NCBI RefSeq assembly: GCF_009914755.1
Contig: NC_060947.1
Length of the DNA stretch: 64,000 nucleotides
Source of the DNA: the human T2T-CHM13v2.0 reference genome, Homo sapiens
Strand: one strand, 5' to 3'
Part shown: one piece after another, positions 1 through 15,560 of the stretch
Layout of the letters: every line of letters starts with the position of its first letter
Position numbering within the stretch: the stretch's first letter is position 1
Program-made: the position numbers and the translations under genes
Notes under the pieces: model-generated
Database searches by the model: none
Told to the model about the DNA's origin: nothing
Seen by the model: the letters and a program-made list of their open reading frames with translations, nothing else

Positions 1-179
1 TCATAGCTGAAGTGTGAACCGGCCTTAGGTTCCCTGCCTCCAGACCCTATTTTCCTGCCTCATCTCCCCCGCTGAGAGATATGATCCCCATAAATCTTTA
101 TGGGAGGAAGAGGGACTAATGGTCTTTTTTCTGTAACTGCTTCATGCTGGCTTGAGGCATAGTCCCTACCTATTGGGGA

Positions 180-1138
180 TCACAGAACTCGCCCTGCTGT
201 ATCTAGTTGAGGCAGGGCAGCTTCTTGATGACCAGGGGTGGTGTCTTCACCTGGAACTGGCTGGAAGCTTTGTTGCATGATCATCTGAAGCTTAATGGTC
301 TCTAGGTGAGAGGAAATGAATTTGGTTAAAAGATTTAATGGGAACTTCAGGGGGTGGATACCTATGCTGTCAGAAATGTTTGTTATAGAGATTTGCAGGA
401 GAAAAAACAAAACCTGGTCTGTTCTAGAATCTATGTGTTTCCTTAGGACAAATCTTAGCACGAGTGACTCCATTTTGGTTTGGTTTGATTTACTGGGGAC
501 TAGTGCATGAGCTCAGTTCAAAACAATGGACTCCAGAATTTTGTTTAAAAAAATTTTCCCTTTTTTGTCAGGTTCTAACTTAGGTGAGCATGTGACCAAA
601 ACTTAGGGCCTTAGCGCCACTCTCAGTTGCCATCATTGTGGGTTTCCAGTCTCAGCACATCATTTATAGGTTAGTGTCCTCATGGTTGCACATTTCTTTT
701 AGCTCTTGTCATTCCAGTTGCAGAGAGACCATACGACATTCTAGAAATGGCTGCATGCAAACATTTAAAACCTTTGAGAGAATACAACGCATCAGGGAGA
801 CTATTATTATGACTATTGTGAGTAAAATACCAAGAGTTTGGAGTATTCTCCTTACTCAAGGTTCCCATAAACAAAATCTCCTAAAATGAAATAGATCAAA
901 GAATGAGCTAGATAAACAGTTTACTCACTTGACTAAGCAATTTTTTCATCAGTCCTCTACCACTGAATTTCTATATTCTTCATTTGATGTATTTCCCCAT
1001 AGGCCACAAGTGCCAGCAGCTGCACAGGTACTTTTCCGTTTAGCTAATTCTATTATTTAGCATAACTTTCACGAGAGAATCTAAAGTCTGTTGTGTAACT
1101 GTAGCCTTTACAGTAGAATTTGCTGTAGAACCTATCAT
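180..1138 (-). pseudogene. Degraded retroviral env (TM subunit) remnants
   Basis: Revcomp of ~1043-1138 reads MIGSTANSTVKATVTQQTLDSLVKVMLNNRIS (heptad plus start of the immunosuppressive domain). ORF 180..473 contains LNLLTKFISSHLETIKLQMIMQQ, a typical ERV1 Env cytoplasmic tail. The region is interrupted by stops and frameshifts. Confidence 0.7.
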
Positions 1139-4100
1139 GAGGGATACATTTCTAATCATTGCATCTTTTACTTTAAACCATGGAGAAAGTTGCTAACAAA
1201 TGATGCACTTTTAGAAAAGTGAAGGCCTTCTGGCAATGTTCTCTTTAACCCACGATGTGGGTTAAGAGGAGTGAACCAGTGTTTTGTTTTTGACTGATTA
1301 TGAGGCAACACATGTACCGCTAAAGTTTCTTACCCACATTGGGACTTTATCTATCAAAGTATAAGGTTATCTATGTATAAGGGTGGCTGCAAACTCCTTC
1401 ACAAATAAAAGTATACACCATAAGTGCACACAACAGACCCCTTTTCTACTTCTATTGTTCATAGAGGCATAAGCAAGAAAAAACATTGAAAGATAAGAGT
1501 TTCTTGACAGTAGAAGTCTTAATCTGTGAACTTGGGAAAAGCTGTTCACATCAAATATGCCATCTTCTTCTTGGGAGAAATTTCCCTGGTTAGCTTTACC
1601 TCAAGGGTTCCAATGGGTGCACAGTTCCAAAAGTGTGGAGGGACCCTTCTCAGTTGTGAGACCATGAACCCAAAGCCTAAGGTCCTGAAGTTTTGTTGTA
1701 GTGTAAATAGCAAGGCGAGTCTTTCTCCGATGTTCTCAGAAGATCCATACCATGAAAAGCTTTCTTTACCTAGTGAAAATACACTGTAGCATAATAATCT
1801 ACTGTTATAACATCAGCACTCTTGCATGGGAAAGCTTTTCTACAACCAGAAAACATGCATTGAGAATAACAATGGAATGAAATCCCTTTATACAATGTTT
1901 AAATGACCCTCCAGGTGACCAGATGTATCTGAAGCTTTAATTGTTTTCCCAGGAATATGGGATCAAGTACTGGTTATAAACTATTTTAGTAATTTGTAAG
2001 TCACTACACCAATGTATTCAATTTGGATCATTATATCTTTTCCATGATGAGTCATGAAATGCAGAACTTTTATAATGAAAGCTTTAAGAACTCAGGAAGG
2101 ACAAGGTGGCCATCCAGGTTCTCCATGAGTCCACGCTTAATTAACATTAGACTTATATCCTCTCGGATACCAGTTGTTTTTCCAAATTAGGTACATAGCA
2201 CTGACAAGAAAATTTGGTTATTTTTGTGGTTTACAATAACTTAACATAATAACCGTAATTATAATTGATAGCATATACTTAGACATTAGAATTTTAGAAA
2301 TCCCGTACAATTTAGGAATATGTATTAGTATTATTCACAAAAATATAGCCTAAAGAAGATTGAACATTATTTTGGGAATCCCATGTATCTAAACATGTCA
2401 AATAATCCTGTTTACCTCTTTTCTGGATGTTTTCAGGGACCCTCTGATTCATCCAGAAAGCCAGGCATTAGGAAAGACAATTTTGAAACTGAAGTTTGAT
2501 TTTGGAATTCCAGATTACCATAAATTATTTATTTTGCCAAAATGATGACTCAGAAATTTTAAAGAAGCAAAAATCTTTTATAACCTTAAAAAAACCCCCA
2601 CACATTCTACTGTTCTTACACACCTCACATGTAAAACTATTTCTAGTAGTCTTAATTGCATGTTATAATGGCGAATTTTAATGTAAGACCCGGTAAGTTA
2701 TGTTCTGATAAGGTTTGACTATTTCCAGCATAGCTAGGGGCGTGGCTAACTTCACATGTCCCCAGGCCTTACCTAGCTGGAAAGCAGGCAAGTTAAACAA
2801 TTTCCAAAAGCCAAAGAAGCAGTTTATGGTCTTAAAGCATTTAGCAAACCTAATATTTGAACATAATTTACACCACATGTTTACATTTTGAAGACATTTG
2901 TATTTTACCAAGAATCTTGAAAACCATCTTTATTTTCCAAAGATTGCTAAAGTCACACATGAACTAAAAGACATTACATTTTCTACTTTTTTGACAAAAT
3001 ATTTGATTTAAGCTATTATTATTAAACCAATTAATTTAAAACTTCACAGAGGAGATTAACCAGTTTGCACAGAGAGAAAGAGGCCAGAGACTGACAGGTA
3101 AGAAATTCTTACCCTTTTGCTGGCAGGCCAGGTTTCTGGGTTCTCTCTCCCTGAGCGGCCCTAGTGAACCTGCTTGACTGCATGCAAAAAAACACATTGC
3201 TATGAATTAAGAATATTCATAGATAGTTTACAAATTTTGGAGAAACTAGGCAGAGAGAGAAATATGACTCAAATTCTATTTGTAAGCATATACTCAATAC
3301 ACTTAAAGTGTCAGGAAGCCTAAAATCCATAAAGTTAGTTGAAGGATAAAAAGCTGGTGTGCTCCAATAATTCCTGCAGCCCAACAAGGGTAGTTTAGGA
3401 ATTCCAGATAAATAGAAAGGATGATAACTTGCTAGAAATGCACAGGAAACAAAATAACTATTCACAGAACCAAATAAAAGGCTTACACTAGCATGGTTTT
3501 ATGTATATGGATACACAAGCAAAGCCAGAGGAAAATAAATAGCAAACAAATGAAAACTAGAAGCAAAAACAAACAAAAAATTAACCTAAATTTTCCTACT
3601 CAATTTACCATGGAGGCTACAGTTTTACCTAGGGCCCCCCCTAAAACCCCACATAATGAATATTTTATTCCTGATACACAATTCAATATCCTTAAGTTCA
3701 CCAATATCATTATACATTCTGAGCAATCAGGAAATCTACTTTAGGCACATGACCAGTAAGTACTCCAGCACCATCCACGCAAAACAGTAAACATACTGTG
3801 AAGCAATGCAAGCATGTATGTGAAATTTGGCTTCACACTAAATCCAGCTTCATGGTTAACTATATTAAAAAAAATTGCCAAACTGCCAATGCATTTTTAC
3901 AATACTTCTTACTTTAATCAAGACTAAGAGCTTTAACTATGAAAATGTTAATTAGCCAAATGTTTCCAATTCTTTATCAGGTTTTAAAGAATATTTTATT
4001 TAAACTTTTTCCACATCTTTCTCTCCTACTTAATGGTTCCTTACTACATTGTTTCATAAATAACCTTTTCAAATCTGTAATTTGAACGAACTTTTAGATA

Positions 4101-4445
4101 ACTTCTGAATTAGACAAAAATTATTCTTTTTTCACTAATAACATAACCCTTTCTGGCACATTTTGTATACAGAATAACGTGTTAACTAGAATTTTATCCT
4201 TAGTAACCTAAACTTTAGCGAAACCCTAAGAAGCAAGAAATCCTGAACTGTCAGAAATGGGCATTTATAGATAAGAACAATTCCACAATTTTAGAAACAT
4301 ATTTCCCCATATCACAATCCTTTCTTAATTGGAAATGACCCAGATATTAAATGAACATCAAAAATAACTTTAAGATTTTAATTTACACAAAAAGTTTACC
4401 TAAAACATGTATCTCATTCACTGTAGTTAATTTTTACTTTTAACA

Positions 4446-4690
4446 AGGGAGACATGAGACATCAAGCAACATATGTAAAATGAACACTGGTTTGGTACAG
4501 AAAGGTGGGACAACTCGAGGCAAGGAGAGGGCTTGGGGGCTTTCAGATCACAGGTGGGAGACAAATGGTTGCATTCTTTTGAGTTTCTGATGAGCCTTTC
4601 CAAAGGAAACAGTCAGATATGCATGTATCTCAGTGAGACTTTGAATAGAAGGGGAGGCAGGCTTCCCCCCAAGCAGCTCCCAGCTTGAAT
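4446..4690 (-). mobile_element. MER4A-like LTR fragment inside the MER61 internal region
   Basis: gggagacatgagacatcaa...gagacaaatggttgcattctttttgagtttctga...cccagcttga resembles the MER4A LTR core; no LTR termini. Confidence 0.6.
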
Positions 4691-6147
4691 TAACACTGAC
4701 ATTTTAAAATATCTAACAAAGACTAACATAACATTCAGATGAAATGTATGCTGACAATTCTGAAGGCCTTTCTATTTTTATTCCACCAATAATTTTAAAG
4801 CTAGCTTTTTTAGTAAAGTTATACTTAGATCACGTGAACTTGAACTTGAAAATAGACTTATTTACTTAATTGATGAATGCTCTTTTACTTATAAGCTAAT
4901 TTGGCAGACACAACATATAACAATAAGTGTACACACAAACACATCTAGTCGTGTATACACACACATAAACAAAGATCCAATAGCTTGGAACCTCAGCTAT
5001 GAGGTAGCAATACAAGCTTGCCGGTTTTACTTTGCCCCAGTAGATAATCCAAGGAAGGCTGTGAACCAAAATTTTGGGTAAAGCAGTCTCCATGGCAGTT
5101 TGATTTTCAAAAACTAAACCTCCCCAGACTCCAAGGAGCACTGGGCCAAACAGTACCAAATGAGGGCGTCACACGTTAACCACGCCCCCTGCTTAGAACA
5201 GCAGCACAAAGGCCTGGATACATGCAATGCCATCCCACTTTCCCATTAGAGAGTAAACTTCAGATTCTAAACAATTTTGGGGCCAAGCAGCACTGCAACT
5301 GCGAAAGAAAATTCTATGGAGGGCTTATTACTAGACCTCAGAACCTCTGCTGAGAGCATCCTCTTTGGAGAGTTTGAGGTCTGGAGTATCCCCCAGAGCA
5401 TCCTGCTGTGGGGTCCAATCTTAGAGTTCCAGACATCTCTTGCCTTAGGTGGGCACTGGTGCCACTTCGCATGCATTCCCTCCAGAGCCTGCTATGAGCT
5501 TTCCTTTGGAACCTGGGTGTAATCCTCAACGTTTAGCATCTTTATAATTTGGTAAGGCCACGCTTTCCCATGCTTCCCATTCCATGAACTTTAATGATAG
5601 GAACTGGAGGCTGGGTGGGTTTCCTTTGCCTTTAGCCAGTTGAATAGGGGAAGGGAAGAATTTAGCATAAAAAAAAGAAGGTTTAAGTCATCTGAAACGT
5701 TTGGGTTTGCTCCAAGCTGCCCTGCACATAGGGATCAGGGACCACGTGTGGAAAAGATTTTTTAAAAAGTCATTCACCCTTTGGGGCAGGGAAATTATTC
5801 CCATTCATTCCTTGGCCTTCAGGCAATACTGAGCAGTGACCCCAGCCAATTTGCCCTCATTTTCAAGGAGCTATTAGGAAACAGCCGCTGAAAAACTGAA
5901 AAAGAAAGAGGAAAAGGAAAAATGAAAAAGACCCGGATCCCTTAAACTAACCAACTGGTGGCAGTTAGGCTTCTCCACATGGAAACCCCTTAGTTTCACT
6001 GACTATGACCAGAAACCTGCAGTTGCTTCCATGTTTAGATGCTGCCCATCAAGGGTCCTGCGTTGGAAAGGAAAAGAGAGAGAAAGAGATTCCCTTGTAT
6101 GGAGCAGAAAGGAAAAGGAGAAAGGAGAAGAATAAATCCCAAACTTT

Positions 6148-6668
6148 TGTAAGATACCATAAATCTTTCTGAGTTTCTCTTCAAAGGGTTTAGCCTGTTA
6201 ACTTTCTTATCCTTTGTTCTCAAACTCAACTTTCTTGTTCTTCCTTGCCCCCTAGTTACCGTAAACAGCCTCTTCCTGTCAGCTCTAATCAACAACTCAC
6301 ATCTGTTCCCTTGGTTACCTGTACCCATTGTTCCCCCGAAACTGTACGTCTCACATGTTCCACCTCTGTACCTTACATCCCCCTCCCCTTCTATATTTAG
6401 GAAAATATGTACAAGTAGCCAATCGGGTCAGCTCAGACTGTGCGGTCCAACCGCAGCCCATGGAGGAGTGACACACAGAGAGGGACTGCGTTAAGGATAA
6501 AACCCTCCTGGTCTCCTTTGTTCTCTGTGCTCTTGTGATCTTGATTGACGCAAATAGTACCCTTCTGCAGAAGTAAATTGCCTTGCTGAGATAATTAAAC
6601 TTTTGCCCGAGTGCTTGTTTTACTTCATGGCGCTGAGCATTTATTCCTGGAGCATTTTATATCCAAGA
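6148..6668 (+). mobile_element. Solo LTR10-family LTR (HERV-I/HERVIP10 group) nested in the MER61 leader
   Basis: Starts TG; contains the LTR10 hallmark cccttctgcagaagtaaattgccttgctgaga and a CCAAT box; ends tttatatccaaga. It separates aaatcccaaacttt from cgggcttacc. Confidence 0.75.
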
Positions 6669-6686
6669 ATTCGGGCTTACCTCTTC

Positions 6687-6704
6687 CTCCTGGCTGGCTT
6701 ACCA
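6687..6704 (-). other. Primer-binding site, tRNA-Arg(ACG) type
   Basis: ctcctggctggcttacca matches the tRNA-Arg(ACG) 3' end CTCCTGGCTGGCTCGCCA at 16/18 positions, just inside the 5' LTR. Confidence 0.75.
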
Positions 6705-6722
6705 AATATATATTACCAAATA

Positions 6723-7059
6723 TATTAACAGTGGAGGGGGTCCAGGTTCTTGGTGTGTTGGAGAAAGTATTGGATAAAATGCACAAACAGAGCAAGGAAG
6801 GGACGAAGGGACTTATTGAAAGTGAAAGTGCGCTCCACAGCGTGGGAGTGGGCCTGAGCATAGTGGCTCAAAGGCCCTGTTACAGAGTTTTGTGAGTTTA
6901 AATGCCCTCTACTTGGGGTATGCCCTATGTAAATGAAGAGGATGAAGTAAAGTTTCAAAGTCATTTGGCCTACGCCCTATGGAGAGGGTATTTCCTGTCA
7001 TTGTTGAAGTGTGAATCGGCCTTATGTTCCCTGCCTCCAGACCCTATTTTCCTGCCTCA
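6723..7059 (-). mobile_element. MER61A-like 5' LTR
   Basis: Revcomp begins TGAGGCAGGAAAATAGGGTCTGGAGGCAGGGAACATAAGGCCGATTCACACTTCA, matching the MER61A consensus as I recall it; ~337 bp. Confidence 0.8.
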
Positions 7060-7395
7060 CTGGGATAAAGCCTACTTGATTGTGGTGAATAAGCTTTTTG
7101 ATGTGCTGCTGGATTCAGTTTGCCTGTATTTTGTTGAGGATTTTTGCATCGATGTTCATCAAGGATATTGGCCTGAAGTTTTCTTTTATTGCTGTGTCTC
7201 TGCCAGGTTTAGGTGTCAGGATGCTGCTGGCCTCATAGAATGAGTTAGGGAGAAGCTCCTCCTCTTCAATGTTTTGGAATAGTTTCAGTAGAAATGGTAC
7301 CAGCTGTTTTTTGTACATCTGGTAGAATTTGGCTGTGAATCCATCTTTCATTTGGTAGGCTATTTATTACTAATTCAATTCAGAGCTCATTATCA
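7060..7395 (-). mobile_element. L1 ORF2 fragment
   Basis: ORF 7115..7351 DGFTAKFYQ...[19 protein letters not shown]...[18 protein letters not shown] is L1 ORF2p. Confidence 0.9.
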
Positions 7396-7396
7396 T

Positions 7397-7650
7397 TGTG
7401 GTATAATAATATATTTGGTGTTTGTCCCAGGTTCCTGGCACAGAGCTCTTTTAAAAATTTCCTGAATTATAGGAATGTCTTTTGTTTTCATAACAAGCCC
7501 TTTAAATCGCACCTGAGTTTATGCTAATGAGGTGACTTAAAATGGAGCCCCTAGGTAGCCACAGGATGTGGATGGACACCACAAAGACCAAGTAATTAGA
7601 GGGTTGGAGATTTCAGGCTTGCCAACAAACCTCCTGGAAGGGAGAATAAG
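7397..7650. mobile_element. MER21-like LTR fragment
   Basis: atatatttggt...ggttcctggcacagagctc...cacctgagtttatgctaatgaggtgact motif. Confidence 0.5.
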
Positions 7651-7759
7651 AAGGGTTGTTACCAGAAAAACTGGTCCCCCATAATGGGGTCTATCCCTGT
7701 TTGGTACCATGAAGCCAATACACAAAACCGCAAGTGAGCATCAAAAAGCGGAGGCTTTC

Positions 7760-8693
7760 AAAATTGACAAATGGGATCTAATTAAACTAAAGAGCTTCGG
7801 CACAGCAAAAGAAACTATCATCAGAGTGAACAGGCAACCTACAGAATGGGAGAAAATTTTTGCAATCTATCCGTCTGACAAAGGGCTAATATCCAGAATC
7901 TACAAGGAACTTAAGCAAATTTAAAAGAAAAAACAACCCCATCAAAAAGTGGGCAAAGGATATGAACAGACACTTCTCAAAATAAGACATTTATGCGGCC
8001 AACAGACATATAAAAAAAGTTCATAATCGCTGCTCATTAGAGAAATGCAAATCAAACCCACAATGAGATACCATCTCACACCAGTGAGAATGGCGATCAT
8101 TAAAAAGGAAACAACAGATGCAGGAGAGGATGTGGAGAAATAGGAATGCTTTTACACTGTTGGTGGGAGTGTAAATTAGTTCAGCCATTGTGGAAGACAG
8201 TGTGGCAGTTCCTCAAGGATCTAGAACCAGAAATACCATTTGACCCAGCAATCCCATTACTGAGTATATACCCAAAGGATTATAAATCAATCTACTATAA
8301 AGACACATGCACATATATGTTTATTGCAGCACTATTCACGATAGCAAAGACCTGCAACCAACCCAAATGCCCATCAATGGCAGATTGGATAAAGAATATG
8401 TGGCACATATACACCATGGAATACTATGCAGCCATAAAAAAGGATGCATTCATGTCCTTTGCAGGGACATGGATGAAGCTGGAAACCATCATTCTCAGCA
8501 AACTAGCACAGGAACAGAAAACCAAACACTACATGTTCTCACTCATAAGTGGGAGTTGAACAATGATAACACATGGACACAGGGAGGGGACCATCACACA
8601 CTGGGGACTGTTGAGGGGTGGGGGACTAGGGGGGAGATAGCATTAGGAGAAATACCTAATGTAGATGACGGGTTTATGGGTGCAGCAAACCAC
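7760..8693 (+). mobile_element. L1PA 3' fragment (end of ORF2 plus partial 3' UTR, no poly-A)
   Basis: ORFs 7709..7924 and 8146..8559 ([13 protein letters not shown]; [17 protein letters not shown]) are L1 ORF2p C-terminus. The 3' UTR stops at aaaccac. Confidence 0.92.
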
Positions 8694-9410
8694 CCATCCT
8701 GGGCAACATATATAAACATAATTTTTTTAAAAAAAATTAGCTAGGCAGGTTAGCATGCACCTGTAGTCATAGCTACTCAGGAGGCTGAGGTGGGAGGATT
8801 GAGCCTAGGAGTTCAAGGTTAGACTGAGCTATAATTGCACCACTGCACTCCAGCCTAGATTGTTAGATATGAGTTCTAAATTTCTCTTCAGAAAACCAAT
8901 ATGTCAGTCTGTTCAATTCTTTGCCTTCTACTTTTAAACTTAACTTTCTCATAAAGCAACCTTTTTTGATTACCTGCTCCACCCTGACTCATTCCGATTA
9001 CCTGCTCCACCCTGACTTATTCTCCACCCTGACTCATTCTGATTTCCTGCTCTGCCATAACCATTTTTCCTGCCAAACCACTCACCCCGTCACTCTCTTT
9101 AAGTTAGCCAATCGGAATTAATTTAGCCTGTGCAGTCTCACCCTAGCCAATAGGGGAACCACACAGCAGCAGTGGCCACGTGCGTCAGGGATAAGAACCC
9201 CTTCCCCTCCCTTGTCCAAGTGTGTGCTACCATTGCTCCATCTATAAGGGCGCACCCTTCTATAAAAGTAACTTGCCTTGCTGAGAATTAAAAATAAAAT
9301 TTTATATTCGAGTGCTATTTCTTTTGTGGCACCAAAACTTTATTTATAACAAGATGACAGAATGAGACCCTGTCTCTCTAAAAGTAAATGAATAAATAAA
9401 TAATAAATAG
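8694..9410 (+). mobile_element. AluJ-like partial element split by LTR10C
   Basis: Alu right arm ...ccactgcactccagcctagat resumes as agatgacagaatgagaccctgtctc after the LTR. Confidence 0.85.
8861..9351 (+). mobile_element. Solo LTR10C
   Basis: TG...CA termini (tgttagatatgagttctaaatttc...tttataaca). 4-bp TSD agat at 8857-8860 and 9352-9355. Internal gattacctgctccaccctgactcatt repeats. Confidence 0.85.
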
Positions 9411-11224
9411 ATTGTGAGAACAGATAAAAGTAAATAAATACATAAAAATTTTAAAAATACAAAAAATGATGTAAGTAGTTGTTTATTGCAGTGCTATCTA
9501 TAATGTCAAAATATTGGTGATATCCTGCATGTCTATTGATAGAGGATTGGTTAAATAAGTTATGATACATCCATTTAGTGGGTCACTAAGTATTGGTTAA
9601 ACATGGTGATGTTTATCAGTCATTGAAAGGCAAAGAGTGTGTGGGGTTGGGAAGGAGTGTTGTATACAAGGAGGTTGTGGGGGTGGGGGTGGGGGTGTGT
9701 GGCGGTATACAAGGAAAGATTTTTGGAAATATGTTTACCAAAATGTTAACAGTGGTCACTTCTGTGTGGTGGGATTCAGAAGTGATTTTTAGTTTCTTAA
9801 TACATTTCTGTATTGTTTAAAGTTTCTACCATATCCATGAAGCATTTTTACAATAAAGAGACAACTGTAAGAAATTTTTATTTTGAAAAAGTAATAGAGC
9901 TACTTTGATTATAGTATGATTGGACTTTGATTCAGTTATGAATAATAAGCTAGCCCGCTCCCAATTATAAAGTACCTGGATAAATTAGTGTAAAACCTGT
10001 CTTTTCTCTTCAAGTCCCATATGTTCCCCTTTATATGTCTCTGACTCCAAAGTGTTTACTAACCTGAGGTTGGGGGTGGGCATTGTGTATTAGAGCATCT
10101 TACTTACTCATCTCCTTGTGCTGAAATTGGAACCTTTGATCCTGGATAATATTGTTACCAGAAACCACTTGATTAGAGCTGAACTGTAGTGAATTCTCTA
10201 GAGGTTTGTTCAGCCATTGGCTTAAGCTCTCTAGATAAAGTTTAAAAAATTTCCTGAGTTCATACAGCAGTGTTGCCTCAGTGGGTGGTACCCAAAATGA
10301 TAAAGTCAGTGTTATACCCCCTGTTCCTGTTATTATCATGGGTGCTAGCAGATTCCAGCACCAGCCACACATGAATGCTTTAAGACAAACAGTCCAAGCA
10401 GCTCACAAAGTTACAGGACCAGGGCATGGTTTACCTTCAGGAGGAAGCAGGCAGGATCAATTTTGAGGTTCATCAGCTTATTAACCCAGAACTACTGGCC
10501 CCCATTTTCCACAATGACTCAAGCATCGGCTCACCCATTGGATTATCTCTTTATTTTCTTGGTGATTTTTTCTGGGATCTGCTTTCTCTTCCAGGTCCCT
10601 GCCTTGGTAAGGACCTTTGTGGTTTAGTTCAAGTTGACAGGTTTCCTCAGCTTGGAATCTGAAGGGAGAGGTTCGCTTCTCATTCTTTTCATTCATCTTC
10701 ACCACAGAAGGCCCTATGCTCTACAGCTTTCTTCCCAGATTTGCATACTAGAGGGGCAGACTTAGTGAAGACCTGAAAGATCCTCCTGTTATCAATTTAC
10801 TCAGAGCAATAACTACTTACTCTCCTTTGAACAAGAGAAACTCTCAAAACCTTTGCCCTGAATATATATGCTCCAAGAGAATTTTTTTGTATCTTCTCTA
10901 CAATGAAGAAGATGGCAGTTTTAAAAAATTTAAGTAAATAATAGTTTGTTCAAATTACTCTCCTCAGCAGCTACTCCACTACAAAAGAGCTTCCTGCCAA
11001 TTTGAGTAAGTGTGTGGTAGCTCCACAGAGACAAGTAAGTCTTGGTACATTGACTGAACTGTTTCTAGACCTACAGAAGTGAGGATCAGATCCTGGACCA
11101 TTGTGATCCCACCCAGGCAATAGCCCTTATAAGAAACCAGCAGAACTCATTAATCCATTCATTTAGGAAATATTTCTTGTTCACCTGCTATGTGGTCAGC
11201 ACTGTTACAGGCACTGGGGAATAC

Positions 11225-11931
11225 TGTAACTGCCCAATGAGTTCTTCTTGCCTGCTTCCCAGATACAGCCAATTCATCAAGACAGGGGAATTACAATAGA
11301 GAAAGAGTTTAACACATGTAGAGTCAGCTAAACAGGATACCAGAGTTTTATTATTACTCACATCAGCCTCCCCCAAACTTCAGAGGCTAGGGTCTTTCAG
11401 GGATAGTTTGGCAGGCAGGAGGCTAGGGAATGGGTGCTGCTGATTGGTTGTGGATGGAAATATAGGGGTGTGGAAAATGGTCCTCCTGTGCTGAGTTCAC
11501 TTCTGGGTGAAGGCCACAGGTTGGGATAGTGGGTCTGGATGGAGTCATCTGGTCATCAGAAATGCAAAAGCCAGAAAAGACATCTCAATCTTAGGTTATA
11601 CTATAGTGATGTTATTTGCTAGAGTAATTGAGGAAGTTGCAAATCTTGTGACCTCTAGAATAATGGCTGGTAATCATTTATGCCTACATCTTAGCAGAAT
11701 TCAGGCCCCCCTCATCCTCTTAACTGGGTGGACCTTTCATTAGTTTTACAAAGGTAGTTTAGTTTTGGGAATGGCTATTATCATTTAAAATATAAACTAA
11801 ATATCTCCCAAAGTTAGCTTGGCCCATGGCCAGGGAGTTTGGAGGTTAAAGGCAATATGTAGTTGCTTTGGTCAGATCTCTTTTACTGTTACAATTTCCT
11901 AACTGTTATAATTTTTGCAAAGGTGGTTTCA
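11225..11931 (-). mobile_element. LTR8B-like 3' LTR
   Basis: tgtaactgcccaatg...tttgcaaaggtggtttca; revcomp starts TGAAACCACCTTTGCAAAA. Confidence 0.8.
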
Positions 11932-12801
11932 ATCCCCCATGTTGGGTTTCACCACACCTTATTCTTAGGTGTGAGCTACAGAGATGGGAAAAGGCCAAAA
12001 ACTGCTCTAACTTCTTTCTGCTGACAGGAGGTGCTGTTGGGATAGGGTTGGCTCCAGGGTAAGAGTAGTGAAACTGCTTTACAGCTGTCCAGATGTATTC
12101 ACAGCCTGGTTGGAGGTTGACAGCAAACTATAAGATAATGAGTCCTAATATAAGGAATGAAAGTCCTAGCTTCAGAAGTCCTTGTAGAATTTATCTAAAG
12201 CCCTAAGGGATCCAGGTGAATAGCTCTGAGAACCAGTCAGACACAGGGTCACCAGTCGAGAAAGATTTGTGTTAGAGGTTGTTGGTAGACAAATTGGGAT
12301 GAACAGGAAAGAGTAAATTTAAATATACCATGCCATATCTTTTTAAGTCAGTTTTTAGTTCAGAGAACAGATCAATTCAGTTAAACAACTCTGTCCTATT
12401 TCAGGAAGTGGTATTGCAGATGGGCTAGGGCTCTATATGTGATGAAGGCAAACAGATTTTTAATAGGAGGCATTTCTATGGAAACAGAAGAAAAGCAAAG
12501 GTTAGTGTTGGTCACAATTTATCCAGATGTTGGTCTCAAAGCATCTTTAGCTATATAGGAAGAAGACAGTGGCAATCTGACACATTTTTTCTTGCCTTTA
12601 TTACAAGGAATAAGCTCCAGCTTGCAGGGCCTCAGGAAAAAGGTAATAGCAATTTCATTGAGTCCAGGTCAGAAAAATGGAAGAAAAATTGGAAAGCATG
12701 AGTTTGGAGACTTGTAGCTCAGAGAGAATTCAGGATTCAGTCCAAATTGCAGAAAATAATAAAAACAACAACAACCAAAAACAGACAAGACTAGAATCTA
12801 A

Positions 12802-15560
<2,759 letters not shown>

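Larger units (their letters stand above)
1..7059 (-). mobile_element. MER61-type (MER4-group ERV1) non-autonomous provirus; 3' LTR cut by the window edge
   Basis: 1-62 matches 6998-7059 (58/62 identical), giving paired LTR ends. Purine tract (revcomp of tctccccccg) lies next to position 62. PBS at 6687-6704. Internal region has only degraded env-like remnants. Confidence 0.85.

Noticed and set aside
180-2100. Possible domesticated, syncytin-like env
   Set aside because: Only short remnants with stops and frameshifts; no continuous ORF.
6687-6704. tRNA gene fragments here and at 24815-24832
   Set aside because: 18-nt retroviral primer-binding sites, not tRNA genes.
6148-7059. p53 response element, known from some MER61 and LTR10 subfamilies
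   Set aside because: I saw no paired RRRCWWGYYY decamers in these copies.
8968-9050. CRISPR-like repeat array
   Set aside because: Tandem LTR10 units without unique spacers, in eukaryotic DNA with no cas genes.
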